Assembly (NCBI GenBank): GCA_963792415.1
Contig: CAWBVY010000007.1
Coordinates: 32,001 to 96,000, forward strand
Origin: Candidatus Deferrimicrobiaceae bacterium
Lineage (GTDB): Bacteria > Desulfobacterota > Deferrimicrobia > Deferrimicrobiales > Deferrimicrobiaceae
Reading direction: 5' to 3'
Length of the DNA stretch: 64,000 nucleotides
Every line of letters starts with the position of its first letter. Within the stretch, counting starts at the first letter, position 1. A program made the translations under genes and the position numbers. The notes beneath the pieces are model-generated. The model was not told where the DNA came from, ran no database searches, and saw only the letters and a program-made list of their open reading frames with translations. This document shows positions 50,313 through 59,644 of this stretch, one piece after another.

Positions 50313-51097
50313 GGCCGATCCCGGTGCTCATGTACCACCACGTCGCCCCGCACCCGGGGGACATGGTGACGGTCACGCCGGAAACCTTCGAGGGGCAGAT
50401 GCGCCACCTCGCGAAGAACGGATACGCGGCCCTCTCCCTCGATGAACTGCTCTCCGCGATCCGGAGGGAATGGACGCCGCCGAAGAAGGCGGTGGCGATC
50501 ACCTTCGACGACGGGTGGCTGGACAACTGGGCCTGCGCCTTCCCGGTGCTCGTGAAATACCGGCTTCGGGCCGCCGTCTTCGTCGCGACGGGGTGGGTGG
50601 ACCGGGCGTCGGCGGAAGGCCCCCCCGTTTCCCCGGCCGCATTCCCTCCCCACCGCGAAGCGCGCCGGATGGTCGAACGAGGCGAGTGCCGCGGGGTGGT
50701 CATCGACTGGGCCCGCATCGCGGAGATGCGCGCCTCCGGCCTCGTCGACTTCTACTCCCACACGGCGAGCCACGCCGATTGCGACCGGCTCGACGCGGAT
50801 ACGGTGGCGGAGGAACTCCGGGGTTCGAAGCGGGTCCTCGAGGAGCGGCTGGGGAGCCCGTGCCCGTACCTGTGCTGGCCGTTCGGGAAGTTTTCGGAGG
50901 GGGCCGTCGCGCTGGCGAGGGAGACCGGGTACCGCGCCCTCTTCACCACGCGTCCCGGCGTCGTCCGGGAGGGGACGGACCCGTTCGACATCCCCCGGGT
51001 CGTGGTGAAGGACCGGGTCGACTGGTTCCGCAGCCGCGCACGGCTCTATACCCGTCCGTGGCTCTCCTCCCTCTACCTTGCGGCGAAGAAGCCGTAA
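50309..51097 (+). CDS. Polysaccharide deacetylase (CE4/NodB)
   Basis: PVLMYHHV, ITFDDGW, SHTASH, CWPFG. Confidence 0.88.
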   Translation: MRPIPVLMYHHVAPHPGDMVTVTPETFEGQMRHLAKNGYAALSLDELLSAIRREWTPPKKAVAITFDDGWLDNWACAFPVLVKYRLRAAVFVATGWVDRASAEGPPVSPAAFPPHREARRMVERGECRGVVIDWARIAEMRASGLVDFYSHTASHADCDRLDADTVAEELRGSKRVLEERLGSPCPYLCWPFGKFSEGAVALARETGYRALFTTRPGVVREGTDPFDIPRVVVKDRVDWFRSRARLYTRPWLSSLYLAAKKP

Positions 51098-51168
51098 GAT
51101 GCCGGCCGCCCGTTGTCGCGAACCGATTGCGGAATGGATTTCATCCCAATGTCCGGAGCCTTTCCGAT

Positions 51169-52116
51169 ATGCGTGATCTGAAAAATTTCTCCGCCGGTGA
51201 ATGGTTGCGGTTCGTCCCGCTCGAGGTTGCCTTCAAGCAAGTGCGGAACGACGCGTGGCTCGCGATCTATAAAAAGATCCGGCCGAAAGCGCTGGACTCC
51301 TTCCTTGTCGAGACGCAGCGGTTCGGAAACCAATCCGTTGCCCTGGTCATTGCGTTCGAGCAGCCCCGGGCGCTGGACTGGCTGCTGCGGATGGCGCAGC
51401 GCAACCTCACGGATACCGCCGTGCTGGTTTTCGACAATTCACGGAGGGCTGCCGCGAGACTCGATATCGAGCGGGTGTGCCGCGACCGCGGAGCTCCCTA
51501 TCTCGCGTTGCCGGTGAACCGCACCCGGCACGTGAACCGGTCGCACGGCATGGCCATGACGTGGGTCTTTCACAACGTGGTCCGTGCCATCCGGCCCCGC
51601 CTGTTCGCTTTCATCGACCACGACCTGATTCCGGTCCGGACGTCCGGGCTGTCGGAAAGACTCGCGGAGCAACCGTTCTATGGCAAGCTGCGGGCAAGTG
51701 CGTGGGCATGGCAGCTCTGGGCCGGCTACTGCCTGTTCGATTTTTCGACCGTGGCGGGGCTGCCGATGAATTTTCTCTACGATTTTTCGCAGAAGCTGGA
51801 CACGGGAGGCCGCAACTGGGACTGTCTTTACCGGAACTACGATCGGGAGCGGCTCCGTTTCGCCGGCAGCCGCTACGCCGACGTCAGGGACCCGGTGACG
51901 GGAGTTTCCCAGCCGGTCGAGATCGTCGATGATCGGTGGCTGCATATCGGAAGCATCGGCTACAACGACAACTTCCGCTCGAAATCGCAGTTTTGCGAGA
52001 ATCTGGCGCACGCCCTGGACGGAGGGGCACCCTGGACGGAGCTGTGCGACGACGCGAATGCGCGCCCCCCGGAGCCGCAGGCCCCGGAATTCCCGCAACC
52101 AACCCGCACGGAATGA
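51169..52116 (+). CDS. Hypothetical protein, probable GT-A-fold glycosyltransferase
   Basis: VFDNS, SHG.A..W, FIDHDLIP (DxD), DTGG; inside the LPS locus. Confidence 0.6.
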   Translation: MRDLKNFSAGEWLRFVPLEVAFKQVRNDAWLAIYKKIRPKALDSFLVETQRFGNQSVALVIAFEQPRALDWLLRMAQRNLTDTAVLVFDNSRRAAARLDIERVCRDRGAPYLALPVNRTRHVNRSHGMAMTWVFHNVVRAIRPRLFAFIDHDLIPVRTSGLSERLAEQPFYGKLRASAWAWQLWAGYCLFDFSTVAGLPMNFLYDFSQKLDTGGRNWDCLYRNYDRERLRFAGSRYADVRDPVTGVSQPVEIVDDRWLHIGSIGYNDNFRSKSQFCENLAHALDGGAPWTELCDDANARPPEPQAPEFPQPTRTE

Positions 52117-52277
52117 CCGGACCGGAACAAATCGGGTCGGGCTTCGCCAGGCAGTATCGTAAGATGTGATGGCATGACCCGCGACGGACGGCGGGAGGCT
52201 GGGGCGGAGGAGGACCGGATGAGGGTGGTGTGCGCGATTCCCGCTCGGATCGGCGCCGGCGGTGCGGTGAAGGTGCC

Positions 52278-53459
52278 GTGAAAATCGTCTACTCCATCGG
52301 CACGACCGTGGGTGCGGGGGGTCTCGGGGTGGACAGTCTCGAGGCGTTGCGGGCCATCCACGCGAAGGGATATCTCGCGAAGGTCGTCGCCTACGGAAAT
52401 CGCCAGTCGGAGATCCCCGCCTCCCTGTTTCGCTGCGTGGGGTTCCTCAATCCGACCCGGATCTTCGCGAACCTCCCTGCCAGGTACTACTACCCGATCA
52501 AGCGAAAGTACCTCGACCGCCTCGCCCGGGAGGAGCTTGCGCGGGGAGCGGACCTCTTCCACGGGTGGAGCAGCAGCTCCCTGGAGTCCCTCCGCTTCTG
52601 CCGGGACCGCGGCATCGTCTCGATCCTGGAGAACCCCGGCCCCTACTGCACGGTGGCGGAGAGCCTCATCGAAGCGGAGTACACCGCCCTGGGCGTGCGC
52701 CGAAAGAGCCGACCCGCCGTCTTCCGGTCGTTCTTCGAACAGGACGAGGCGTACCACCTCGCGGAGTACGCCCATGCGGACTACATCCTCTGCGAGTCGT
52801 CCTACACCCTGGAGACGTTCGCGGAACACGGTGTCTCGCGGGACCGGCTTCTCCTGGTTCCCCGCGGGGTGGACCTCGACCGCTTCTCTCCGGGTCCGGC
52901 AAAGGACCGGGCGCCGTTCCGCGCGCTGTTCGTGGGGGCCCTGAGAGTCCGCAAGGGAATCCGGTACCTGCTGGAGGCGTGGAATTCCCTCCGCCTGCCG
53001 GGGGCCGAGCTCATCCTGGCCGGAACGGTCTCCGACGACGTGGCGTCCCTCCTGGAGAGCTGCATCTCCCGGAATCCTTCGATCCGTCTCGCGGGCCACG
53101 TCAAGGACCCCGTGGACCTCTACCGGAGCGCGAGCGTCTTCGTCTTTCCGTCGCTCTCCGAGGGGAGCGCCAAGGTATGCTACGAGGCCATGGCGTGCGG
53201 GCTTCCCGTCGTGGTCACCCCAAACGCAGGTTCCGTCGTCCGCGACGGAGTGGAAGGATTCCTTGTGCCGCCGCACGACGCGGAGACTCTCGCGGGCAGG
53301 ATCGAGCAGCTTTACCGGGACGGGGAGACCCGGGAGACGATGGGACGCGCAGCCCGGGTGCGGATGCGGGAATTCACCTGGGATGTCCACCGGGAGTACC
53401 TCCTGGAACTCTACGGGAAGGTGTATCGTCGTGAACCCGCGCCGGATCGCCCTTTATAA
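52278..53459 (+). CDS. GT4 glycosyltransferase
   Basis: GVDLDRF, FVGAL.VRKG, FPSLSEGSAKVCYEAMACGLPVV. Confidence 0.87.
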   Translation: MKIVYSIGTTVGAGGLGVDSLEALRAIHAKGYLAKVVAYGNRQSEIPASLFRCVGFLNPTRIFANLPARYYYPIKRKYLDRLAREELARGADLFHGWSSSSLESLRFCRDRGIVSILENPGPYCTVAESLIEAEYTALGVRRKSRPAVFRSFFEQDEAYHLAEYAHADYILCESSYTLETFAEHGVSRDRLLLVPRGVDLDRFSPGPAKDRAPFRALFVGALRVRKGIRYLLEAWNSLRLPGAELILAGTVSDDVASLLESCISRNPSIRLAGHVKDPVDLYRSASVFVFPSLSEGSAKVCYEAMACGLPVVVTPNAGSVVRDGVEGFLVPPHDAETLAGRIEQLYRDGETRETMGRAARVRMREFTWDVHREYLLELYGKVYRREPAPDRPL

Positions 53460-54567
53460 CCTCACGACCACGGTCAAGGCGGGGGGGGTTGAAATCTTCA
53501 ATTGGGAACTGGGGCGCTTCCTCGCGGCCCGTGGACACGAGGTCCACATCTATGGAGGGGAAGGCCCCCTGGCCGCGGGCGGTCCCGGATCCGTTCCGGT
53601 CTACACCTACCCGTACACGGACCGTTCGCGGTTTCCCGACCTGGGCACGCGGTTCCGCAAGTTCCTGGAGCGCTTGTCCTTCTCCCGGCATGCCCTTCCG
53701 GACCTGATCGGGCGACGGTACGACGTCATCGTCCTGTCCAAGCCGTACGACATCCCGGCGGCCCTGGTCGCCGCGCGGAGGACGGGGGCGAAGGTGGTGT
53801 ACGATTCGGGGGGCACGGAGTTCTTTCCGGGATACGGGTTCCTCGTCCGCCGCCTGGACTTCCTCCTGGCGTGCAGCGCGTTCAATGCGGAGCAGATCCG
53901 GCGGTATTGCGGCGAATCCCCACGGGTTCTCTGGAACGGCGTGGACACGGGGCGGTTCCGGCCGTCCCCTGCCAGCGAGCGGATCCTGCGGCGGTTCGGA
54001 CTTTCGGGTGGCGAACCGGTGGTCGTCACCACGGGGCGGCTGGTGGGGCTGAAAGGGGTCCGCCACGGGATGCTTGCCGTTGCCCGGCTCCGGCGGGACG
54101 GCATCCCGGCGCGGCATCTGATCGTGGGAGACGGGGAGGAGCGGAGCCGGCTGGAGGCTCTCGCGCGGGAACTGGGCGACGGAGGGGCTTTCCTCTTCGC
54201 GGGGGAGGTGCGGAACGCCGACCTGCCGGAGGTTTATTCGGTCGCCCGGGCCGGGCTCTTTCCGACCGTGGGAGAGGAGGCGTTCGGCATCGCCGTCGCG
54301 GAGGCGATGGCGTGCGGGGTCCCCGTTGTGGCCAGCCGCGTGGGAGGGATCCCGGAGGTGGTCCTGGAGGGGGGCGGCCTTCTCGTTCCTCCCCGCGACG
54401 AAGGCGCCATCGCGGGTGCGCTTCACGCGATCCTGTCCGATCCGGCCAAGGGCCGGGAGATGGGGGAAAGCGCCCGCGTGTCGGTCAATGAGCGGTTCTC
54501 GTGGGAAAAGGTGGCCGGGCGGTTCGAGGAGTGGGTCCTGTCGGGGCCGGGGGGGGGCGCGCCGTGA
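53431..54567 (+). CDS. GT4 glycosyltransferase
   Basis: KAGGVE, NGVDTGRF, GRLVGLKG, EAFGIAVAEAMACG. Confidence 0.87.
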   Translation: MNPRRIALYNLTTTVKAGGVEIFNWELGRFLAARGHEVHIYGGEGPLAAGGPGSVPVYTYPYTDRSRFPDLGTRFRKFLERLSFSRHALPDLIGRRYDVIVLSKPYDIPAALVAARRTGAKVVYDSGGTEFFPGYGFLVRRLDFLLACSAFNAEQIRRYCGESPRVLWNGVDTGRFRPSPASERILRRFGLSGGEPVVVTTGRLVGLKGVRHGMLAVARLRRDGIPARHLIVGDGEERSRLEALARELGDGGAFLFAGEVRNADLPEVYSVARAGLFPTVGEEAFGIAVAEAMACGVPVVASRVGGIPEVVLEGGGLLVPPRDEGAIAGALHAILSDPAKGREMGESARVSVNERFSWEKVAGRFEEWVLSGPGGGAP

Positions 54568-55688
54568 CCCTCCTCTATCCGGTCCCCGAGATCCTTCCGG
54601 ATCCCCGGGCACGGTTCATCCAGATCGTTCACACCTGCCACGCCATGGCCGCCCGCGGGATGCGGGTTCATCTCCTGACGGGCATCCGGCGCGGGTGCGA
54701 CGGAGAAGATCTGCTGCGGGCCTACGGCCTTTCGCCTACACCGTTCCTCCGGATCGTCCCGATGCCGGTTTTGCGCGGCAGGATCTCCTGGCACGCGCCC
54801 TTCCACGCGGCGCTCCTTCCGCGCGCGAGGAGGGAACCCGGCGGGGTGATCTTCGCCCGGTACCTGAAGCTCGCAAGGTTCCTCCTCCGCTGGCGCCGGA
54901 TCCATCGTCTCCCCGTGATCTTCGAGGCCCACGAGATCTTCCACAAGACCACGGAGAAACCCGGGAAGGCCGCTGCCCTGAAGGCGATGGAGTCCTTCGT
55001 CTACCGGGAGGCCGACCGACTGATCACGATCTCGGACGTCCTGTCGGAGGACCTGCGGGAGCTGTTCGGGCGTCCCGCGGACGCGGTCATACCGGACGGT
55101 GTTCCATCGGATTTCCTGGAGATCCGCAGGGAAGTACCCGGGAACGGGATTCTTTACGTGGGGCAGCTTTACCCCTGGAAGGGTGTGGATGTGCTCCTCC
55201 GCGCGTTGCCCCGCATCCCGGAGGAACGTCTTATCGTCGTGGGCGGGAGCGGGGAGTCACTCGAAAGGGCGAAACGGATCGCCGGAGAAGAGGGGGTCGC
55301 GGAACGGGTCGATTTCCGGGGCAACGTCCCTCACGTGGAAGTCCGCGGCTTCCTGGCCACCGCACGGGTTGCCGTTGTCCCCAACCGCGCGGAAGGCGTG
55401 TCGAAGTACACCTCTCCCCTCAAACTTTTTGAAGCCATGGCGGCAGGTGTCCCGGTAGTGGCCTCGGACCTCCCCTCGCTGCGGGAGGTGTTGCGGGACG
55501 GGGAGAATGCTCTCCTGGTCCCCCCCGGGGAACCGGAGGCGCTGGCAGGAGCCATCCGTCGGATCCTGAAGGATGACGCCCTTGCCTCCCGGATCGCTGC
55601 CTGCGCCCGCCGGGATGCGCGGAGGTTCACCTGGGCCGGGCGGGCCGAAAAAATCGCTTCGTTGCTCCACGGGACAGCATCGGGATAG
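54564..55688 (+). CDS. GT4 glycosyltransferase
   Basis: FEAHEI, YVGQLYPWKG, SPLKLFEAMAAG. Confidence 0.85.
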   Translation: MTLLYPVPEILPDPRARFIQIVHTCHAMAARGMRVHLLTGIRRGCDGEDLLRAYGLSPTPFLRIVPMPVLRGRISWHAPFHAALLPRARREPGGVIFARYLKLARFLLRWRRIHRLPVIFEAHEIFHKTTEKPGKAAALKAMESFVYREADRLITISDVLSEDLRELFGRPADAVIPDGVPSDFLEIRREVPGNGILYVGQLYPWKGVDVLLRALPRIPEERLIVVGGSGESLERAKRIAGEEGVAERVDFRGNVPHVEVRGFLATARVAVVPNRAEGVSKYTSPLKLFEAMAAGVPVVASDLPSLREVLRDGENALLVPPGEPEALAGAIRRILKDDALASRIAACARRDARRFTWAGRAEKIASLLHGTASG

Positions 55689-55776
55689 CGGATGGGGGGG
55701 GGAACATGAGGGGAGGGATTTCTTGTGGATTCGGTCCGGTACCTGAAGGATCCCGGGAGCCGGCAGGGAGGGCATC

Positions 55777-56430
55777 GTGACCGTGACGGGAGGCTACTAC
55801 TCGTTCCTGCGGGACGAGATCCGTCCCCTGCTGCCGCCCGTTCGGGGCGCGCGCGTCCTCGAGATCGGTTGCGGAACGGGAGAGACGTCGGCCTGGCTCA
55901 AGACGATGGGGGTGGCGGGATTTGTCCTCGGCCTGGAGATCGAGCCGCGCGTCGCGGAGGAGGCGCGGCGGAAGCTGGACGAAGTCGTCGTGGGGAACGC
56001 CGAGACGGTGGATTTCGGGGAGAGGAGGTTCGACCTGATCCTCTGCCTGGACGTCCTGGAGCACATGGTGGACCCGTGGGGGTTCCTCGAGCGCGTCCAG
56101 AAGCATCTCGACGCCGGCGGGACCGTGATCGCGTCGATTCCCAACCTGCGCAACTACCGGGTGCTGAAATCCCTCGTGCTGAAGGGCCGCTTCGATTACC
56201 AGGATGGGGGGATCCTCGACCGGACCCACCTGAGGTTCTTCACGCGGAGCTCGGCGTGCCGCCTGATGGAGACGGGGGGATTGCGCCTCCGGACGGTAAT
56301 CGGGAAGACGATGCGGAAGAAGAAATACCGGAGGATCGACCGGATGACCTTCGGCCTGCTCCACGATTTCTTCGTGTACCAGTTCCTCATCGCCTCGACG
56401 GTCGACCTCCCTCCCGGTGGGGAGATGTGA
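55777..56430 (+). CDS. Class I SAM-dependent methyltransferase
   Basis: VLEIGCGTG, DVLEHMVDPW, SIPN, GILDRTHLRFFT. Confidence 0.87.
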   Translation: MTVTGGYYSFLRDEIRPLLPPVRGARVLEIGCGTGETSAWLKTMGVAGFVLGLEIEPRVAEEARRKLDEVVVGNAETVDFGERRFDLILCLDVLEHMVDPWGFLERVQKHLDAGGTVIASIPNLRNYRVLKSLVLKGRFDYQDGGILDRTHLRFFTRSSACRLMETGGLRLRTVIGKTMRKKKYRRIDRMTFGLLHDFFVYQFLIASTVDLPPGGEM

Positions 56431-56437
56431 GGACGAG

Positions 56438-57496
56438 ATGAAGGCGCCGCTCCGGAGGGTCCTCCTCTATTACGTCACCCGTCCCCCCATCATGGAGCAC
56501 CTGCGGAAGGCGTTCGGCCGCCGGGGTGTCGAGGCGGCGTGCGTGGACGAACACGTCAACACCCGGATCGATCGGTTCGTATTCCACACCATCAACAAGC
56601 AGGCGCACAACTTCCGGATCCTCCCCAAGGACCGCGTCTGGTTCGCCGACCACCCGCTCACCCAGCGGATCTACCGCGAAAAGGTCCTGCTGGACACGTT
56701 CCGGGATTTCCGGCCGGACATGGCCCTCATGCTCCGGGGCCTGTTCGGGATCCGGGCGGCGACGCTCGAGACGATCCGGCGGGAGGCCAGGCTCTTCGGG
56801 TGGTGGATCGAGTCGGACGACCGGAGGGAGTCCGCCCTGGAGCAGGCGCCTCTCTACGACCGGTTCTATTTCATGAACTCCTCCCTCCATCGGGAGGCCG
56901 TGGAGAGGGGACTCGACCACACGGCAATCCTTCACCACGCGGTCGACTCCGAGGCCTTCTTCCCGGTCGACGGGATCCGGAAGGACATCGACCTCTGTTT
57001 CGTCGGGTCCTGGTCGGAGAGCCGCCAAGCGGCGCTGCTCAAGGCGTACACGGTTACCCGGAACATCGCCATCTGCGGCCGGAACTGGCGGAAACGCCTC
57101 CGGGGGCATCCCCTCGGGCGGAGCATGGTGGGGGAGTATCTCTCCGGGCACGCGCTGGTGATGCTCTACAACCGGAGCAAAATCGTCCTGAACCACACCG
57201 GGTGGGGAGATCTCGGAACGCGGAGCGGTTTCACGATGCGGATCCTCGAGGTGCCGGCGTGCGGCTCGCTTCTCCTGACCGACTTCTCCGAGGACATGAC
57301 CCCGTTCGTGACTCCCGGCGAGCACGTCGTGGTGTACCGTACGCCGGAGGAGATGGCCGCGCGGATCGGGGAACTGCTCGCAAACCCCGTCCTGCGGGCC
57401 GGGATCGAGCGGGCGGGGAGGGACCGGGTCCGGAACCATTTCGGGTACGGCGCCGTGGTGGAGCGGCTGGCGGAAGACTACTCGGCCCTTCGCTGA
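56438..57496 (+). CDS. CgeB-like (Glyco_trans_1_2) glycosyltransferase
   Basis: DLCFVGSW...R, YNRSKIVLN, MRILEVPACG.LLLTD. Confidence 0.8.
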   Translation: MKAPLRRVLLYYVTRPPIMEHLRKAFGRRGVEAACVDEHVNTRIDRFVFHTINKQAHNFRILPKDRVWFADHPLTQRIYREKVLLDTFRDFRPDMALMLRGLFGIRAATLETIRREARLFGWWIESDDRRESALEQAPLYDRFYFMNSSLHREAVERGLDHTAILHHAVDSEAFFPVDGIRKDIDLCFVGSWSESRQAALLKAYTVTRNIAICGRNWRKRLRGHPLGRSMVGEYLSGHALVMLYNRSKIVLNHTGWGDLGTRSGFTMRILEVPACGSLLLTDFSEDMTPFVTPGEHVVVYRTPEEMAARIGELLANPVLRAGIERAGRDRVRNHFGYGAVVERLAEDYSALR

Positions 57497-57531
57497 GCCC
57501 GCACGGAGGGAAGCGACCCGGCTCCCGCGAA

Positions 57532-58362
57532 CTACTCCCAGTCTCCCAGGGATTGCGTGAACGACCGTTTGAACGACTTCCACCGCTTCCGGATCAGCTT
57601 CCTCCGGAGGCGGAACGACTGCCGCAGCGCCTCCTCTTCCCGGCCGTGCTCGAACCGGGGAAAGACATCCCGGGACGTCATCTCCGGGAATCCGCTCGGC
57701 GCCCGGCGGTCCGGAACCGGGGACGGGGGTGCCGCGAGGTACCCTTCCTCCCCCGCTCCGGCAAGGACGCGCTTCTGCATCTCGGCCCTCTCGTGGAAAC
57801 TCCTCCGTGCCCCGTCCGCGAGCCGGGGCTTCTGCAGGACCACGCAGCTGTCCCGCCAGATTTCGGAGCCGTCCTCGTAGTACAGCCCCTTCCACTGGGT
57901 GTAGACCTCGACGGTACGGGCTCCCGCGAATTCGCAAAGGGCGGCCATGCCGTCCCTGTAGAACCGCCAGCAGTCGACGGGGAAGCGATGCTCGACGCCG
58001 GCACCCGGGGCGATGAGGCAGGCCAGCCCTCCCTCCTTCAGCGCCCGTACGATCTCGAACGCCGTAACCCAGAAAAACTTCACGTGCTCCAGGGTCTGCC
58101 CGCTCACGACGACGTCGAAAGACTCGGAGGCGATCTCCTTCCAGTCGTAGGGATTTCGTACGACCACGTCCACGTTCTCGCCGGGCTCGATGTCCATCCC
58201 CGTGTATTTCCACCCCGCGGCGTCGAAGAGGGGACGGTAGTTCAACTGGCGCCGGGTGGCGACCTGGCTGCCGATGTCCAGGATTTCCAGAGGGGTATTC
58301 CGGTACTCCGCGAGGTACCCGTCGCGGAACGCCTCCATCTTGTCGAACGAACTTTGGTGCAC
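57532..58362 (-). CDS. Class I SAM-dependent methyltransferase
   Basis: ILDIGS, YTGMDIEPGENVD, FDVVVSGQTLEH, HRFPVDCWRF; GTG start 58362. Confidence 0.83.
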   Translation of the reverse strand: MHQSSFDKMEAFRDGYLAEYRNTPLEILDIGSQVATRRQLNYRPLFDAAGWKYTGMDIEPGENVDVVVRNPYDWKEIASESFDVVVSGQTLEHVKFFWVTAFEIVRALKEGGLACLIAPGAGVEHRFPVDCWRFYRDGMAALCEFAGARTVEVYTQWKGLYYEDGSEIWRDSCVVLQKPRLADGARRSFHERAEMQKRVLAGAGEEGYLAAPPSPVPDRRAPSGFPEMTSRDVFPRFEHGREEEALRQSFRLRRKLIRKRWKSFKRSFTQSLGDWE

Positions 58363-58502
58363 GGATCCTCCCGGAAGGCCCCCCGAAGGGTTTCGGTCCC
58401 TTCTGATCATAGTGCAAGCCCTCCGGATTCTCCACAGAGTCCACCCCGCCCTCCTCGTGAATCCCGTTGCAGGGGGTCCCTTCCCGTTGAGATAATCTCC
58501 GA

Positions 58503-58985
58503 ATGGCGGGGACCGATTATCATTGTCCCCACTGCGGCGCGGAGCTGCGGGGCGACATGCGGAAGGGCGGCTCCCGCCCCGGCGGGACACCGGGATGTCC
58601 CTACGACGGGCTGGCGTACGCGGCGTTGCGGGCCGGGCACGACGCGATCTACTTCGGGCCGTGGCGCCGCATCGACGCCCCCCCGACGGAGATCCGCCGG
58701 GGATACCACCGGATCGACCGGCATCTCGGCACGATCGGGGCCGAGCTCGCGAATCACGACCTCCCCGCCGCCGCCCGGGACCTCGACGCGGCGCTCGCGG
58801 CGCTCCACGCCGCCGATCCGCGGGAGGATGCCCCGGACACGCTTCGCCTCATGGACAACGCCCTCTCCTACGCCCACCGGGCGATCGACGACCTCCTCCA
58901 CGAAAAAGGGCTGCCGCCGCACGCGCCGATGGACTTCGCGGAGTGGTACGATGTCGTCGAGGTCCCGTTCCGGGACGAGTGGTAG
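58503..58985 (+). CDS. Hypothetical protein with N-terminal CPHC...CP motif and helical C terminus
   Basis: Host-like codon usage, -10 box 6 nt upstream; no family recognised. Confidence 0.65.
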   Translation: MAGTDYHCPHCGAELRGDMRKGGSRPGGTPGCPYDGLAYAALRAGHDAIYFGPWRRIDAPPTEIRRGYHRIDRHLGTIGAELANHDLPAAARDLDAALAALHAADPREDAPDTLRLMDNALSYAHRAIDDLLHEKGLPPHAPMDFAEWYDVVEVPFRDEW

Positions 58986-59009
58986 GCCGAATCCGCGGGG
59001 GGCGCTGAG

Positions 59010-59567
59010 ATGATCGATCTCGAGCGGTATCCCAGGCAGATCACCCTGCGCAACGGGGTGACGCTGGTTTTCCGGCCGATGTGTCGGGACGACGTCGACC
59101 GGCTGTGGGTCTTCTTCCAGCAGGTCCCCCCCGAGGACAAGATGTTCTTCCGCCAGGACGTGAGCCGCCGCGAGGTGGTGCAGCATTGGGCGGACACACT
59201 CGACTACGGCCTCGTCCTCCCGATCCTCGCGCTCGAAGGGGACCGCGTCGTGGGGGACGCTACCCTGCACCGCCAGAGGACGGGGTGGAAGCAGCGGGTG
59301 GGGGTGGTGCGCGTCCAGATCGCCCCCGATTACCGGCACCTGGGGCTCGGGACCGCGATGGTCCGGGAATTGCGCCACCTCGGGGAGAAGTCCGCCCTTC
59401 ATTACCTCATGGCCGAGGTGATCGAGGAGCAGGCGGCCGCGGTGCGCGCTTTCGAGAAGATGGGATTCGACCGCGCGGTGACGTACCGGAGCTTCGTCAA
59501 TGACCAGAAGGGGGGGATACACAACCTGGTGGTCCTCCTGTACCGGATGTCCGACCCCATCGCCTGA
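59010..59567 (+). CDS. GNAT-family N-acetyltransferase
   Basis: ITLRNG....RP, VVGDATL, PDYRHLGLGT, A.RAFEKMGF. Confidence 0.85.
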   Translation: MIDLERYPRQITLRNGVTLVFRPMCRDDVDRLWVFFQQVPPEDKMFFRQDVSRREVVQHWADTLDYGLVLPILALEGDRVVGDATLHRQRTGWKQRVGVVRVQIAPDYRHLGLGTAMVRELRHLGEKSALHYLMAEVIEEQAAAVRAFEKMGFDRAVTYRSFVNDQKGGIHNLVVLLYRMSDPIA

Positions 59568-59580
59568 CGTGTGCCTCCAG

Positions 59581-59600
59581 CGGCAGGTGGTATAATCCGC
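59581..59600 (+). promoter_or_regulatory. Extended -10 promoter of permease 1
   Basis: TGgTATAAT within CGGCAGGTGGTATAATCCGC; near-identical copy before permease 2. Confidence 0.65.
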
Positions 59601-59644
59601 ACGGCAAACGCTCCCTATAACAACGTCGGAGACCGGCACGGCCG

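Noticed and set aside
59568-59644. c-di-AMP (ydaO) riboswitch upstream of the KimA-like genes
   Set aside because: Both leaders are only about 40-45 nt after the -10 box and lack the riboswitch's conserved segments.
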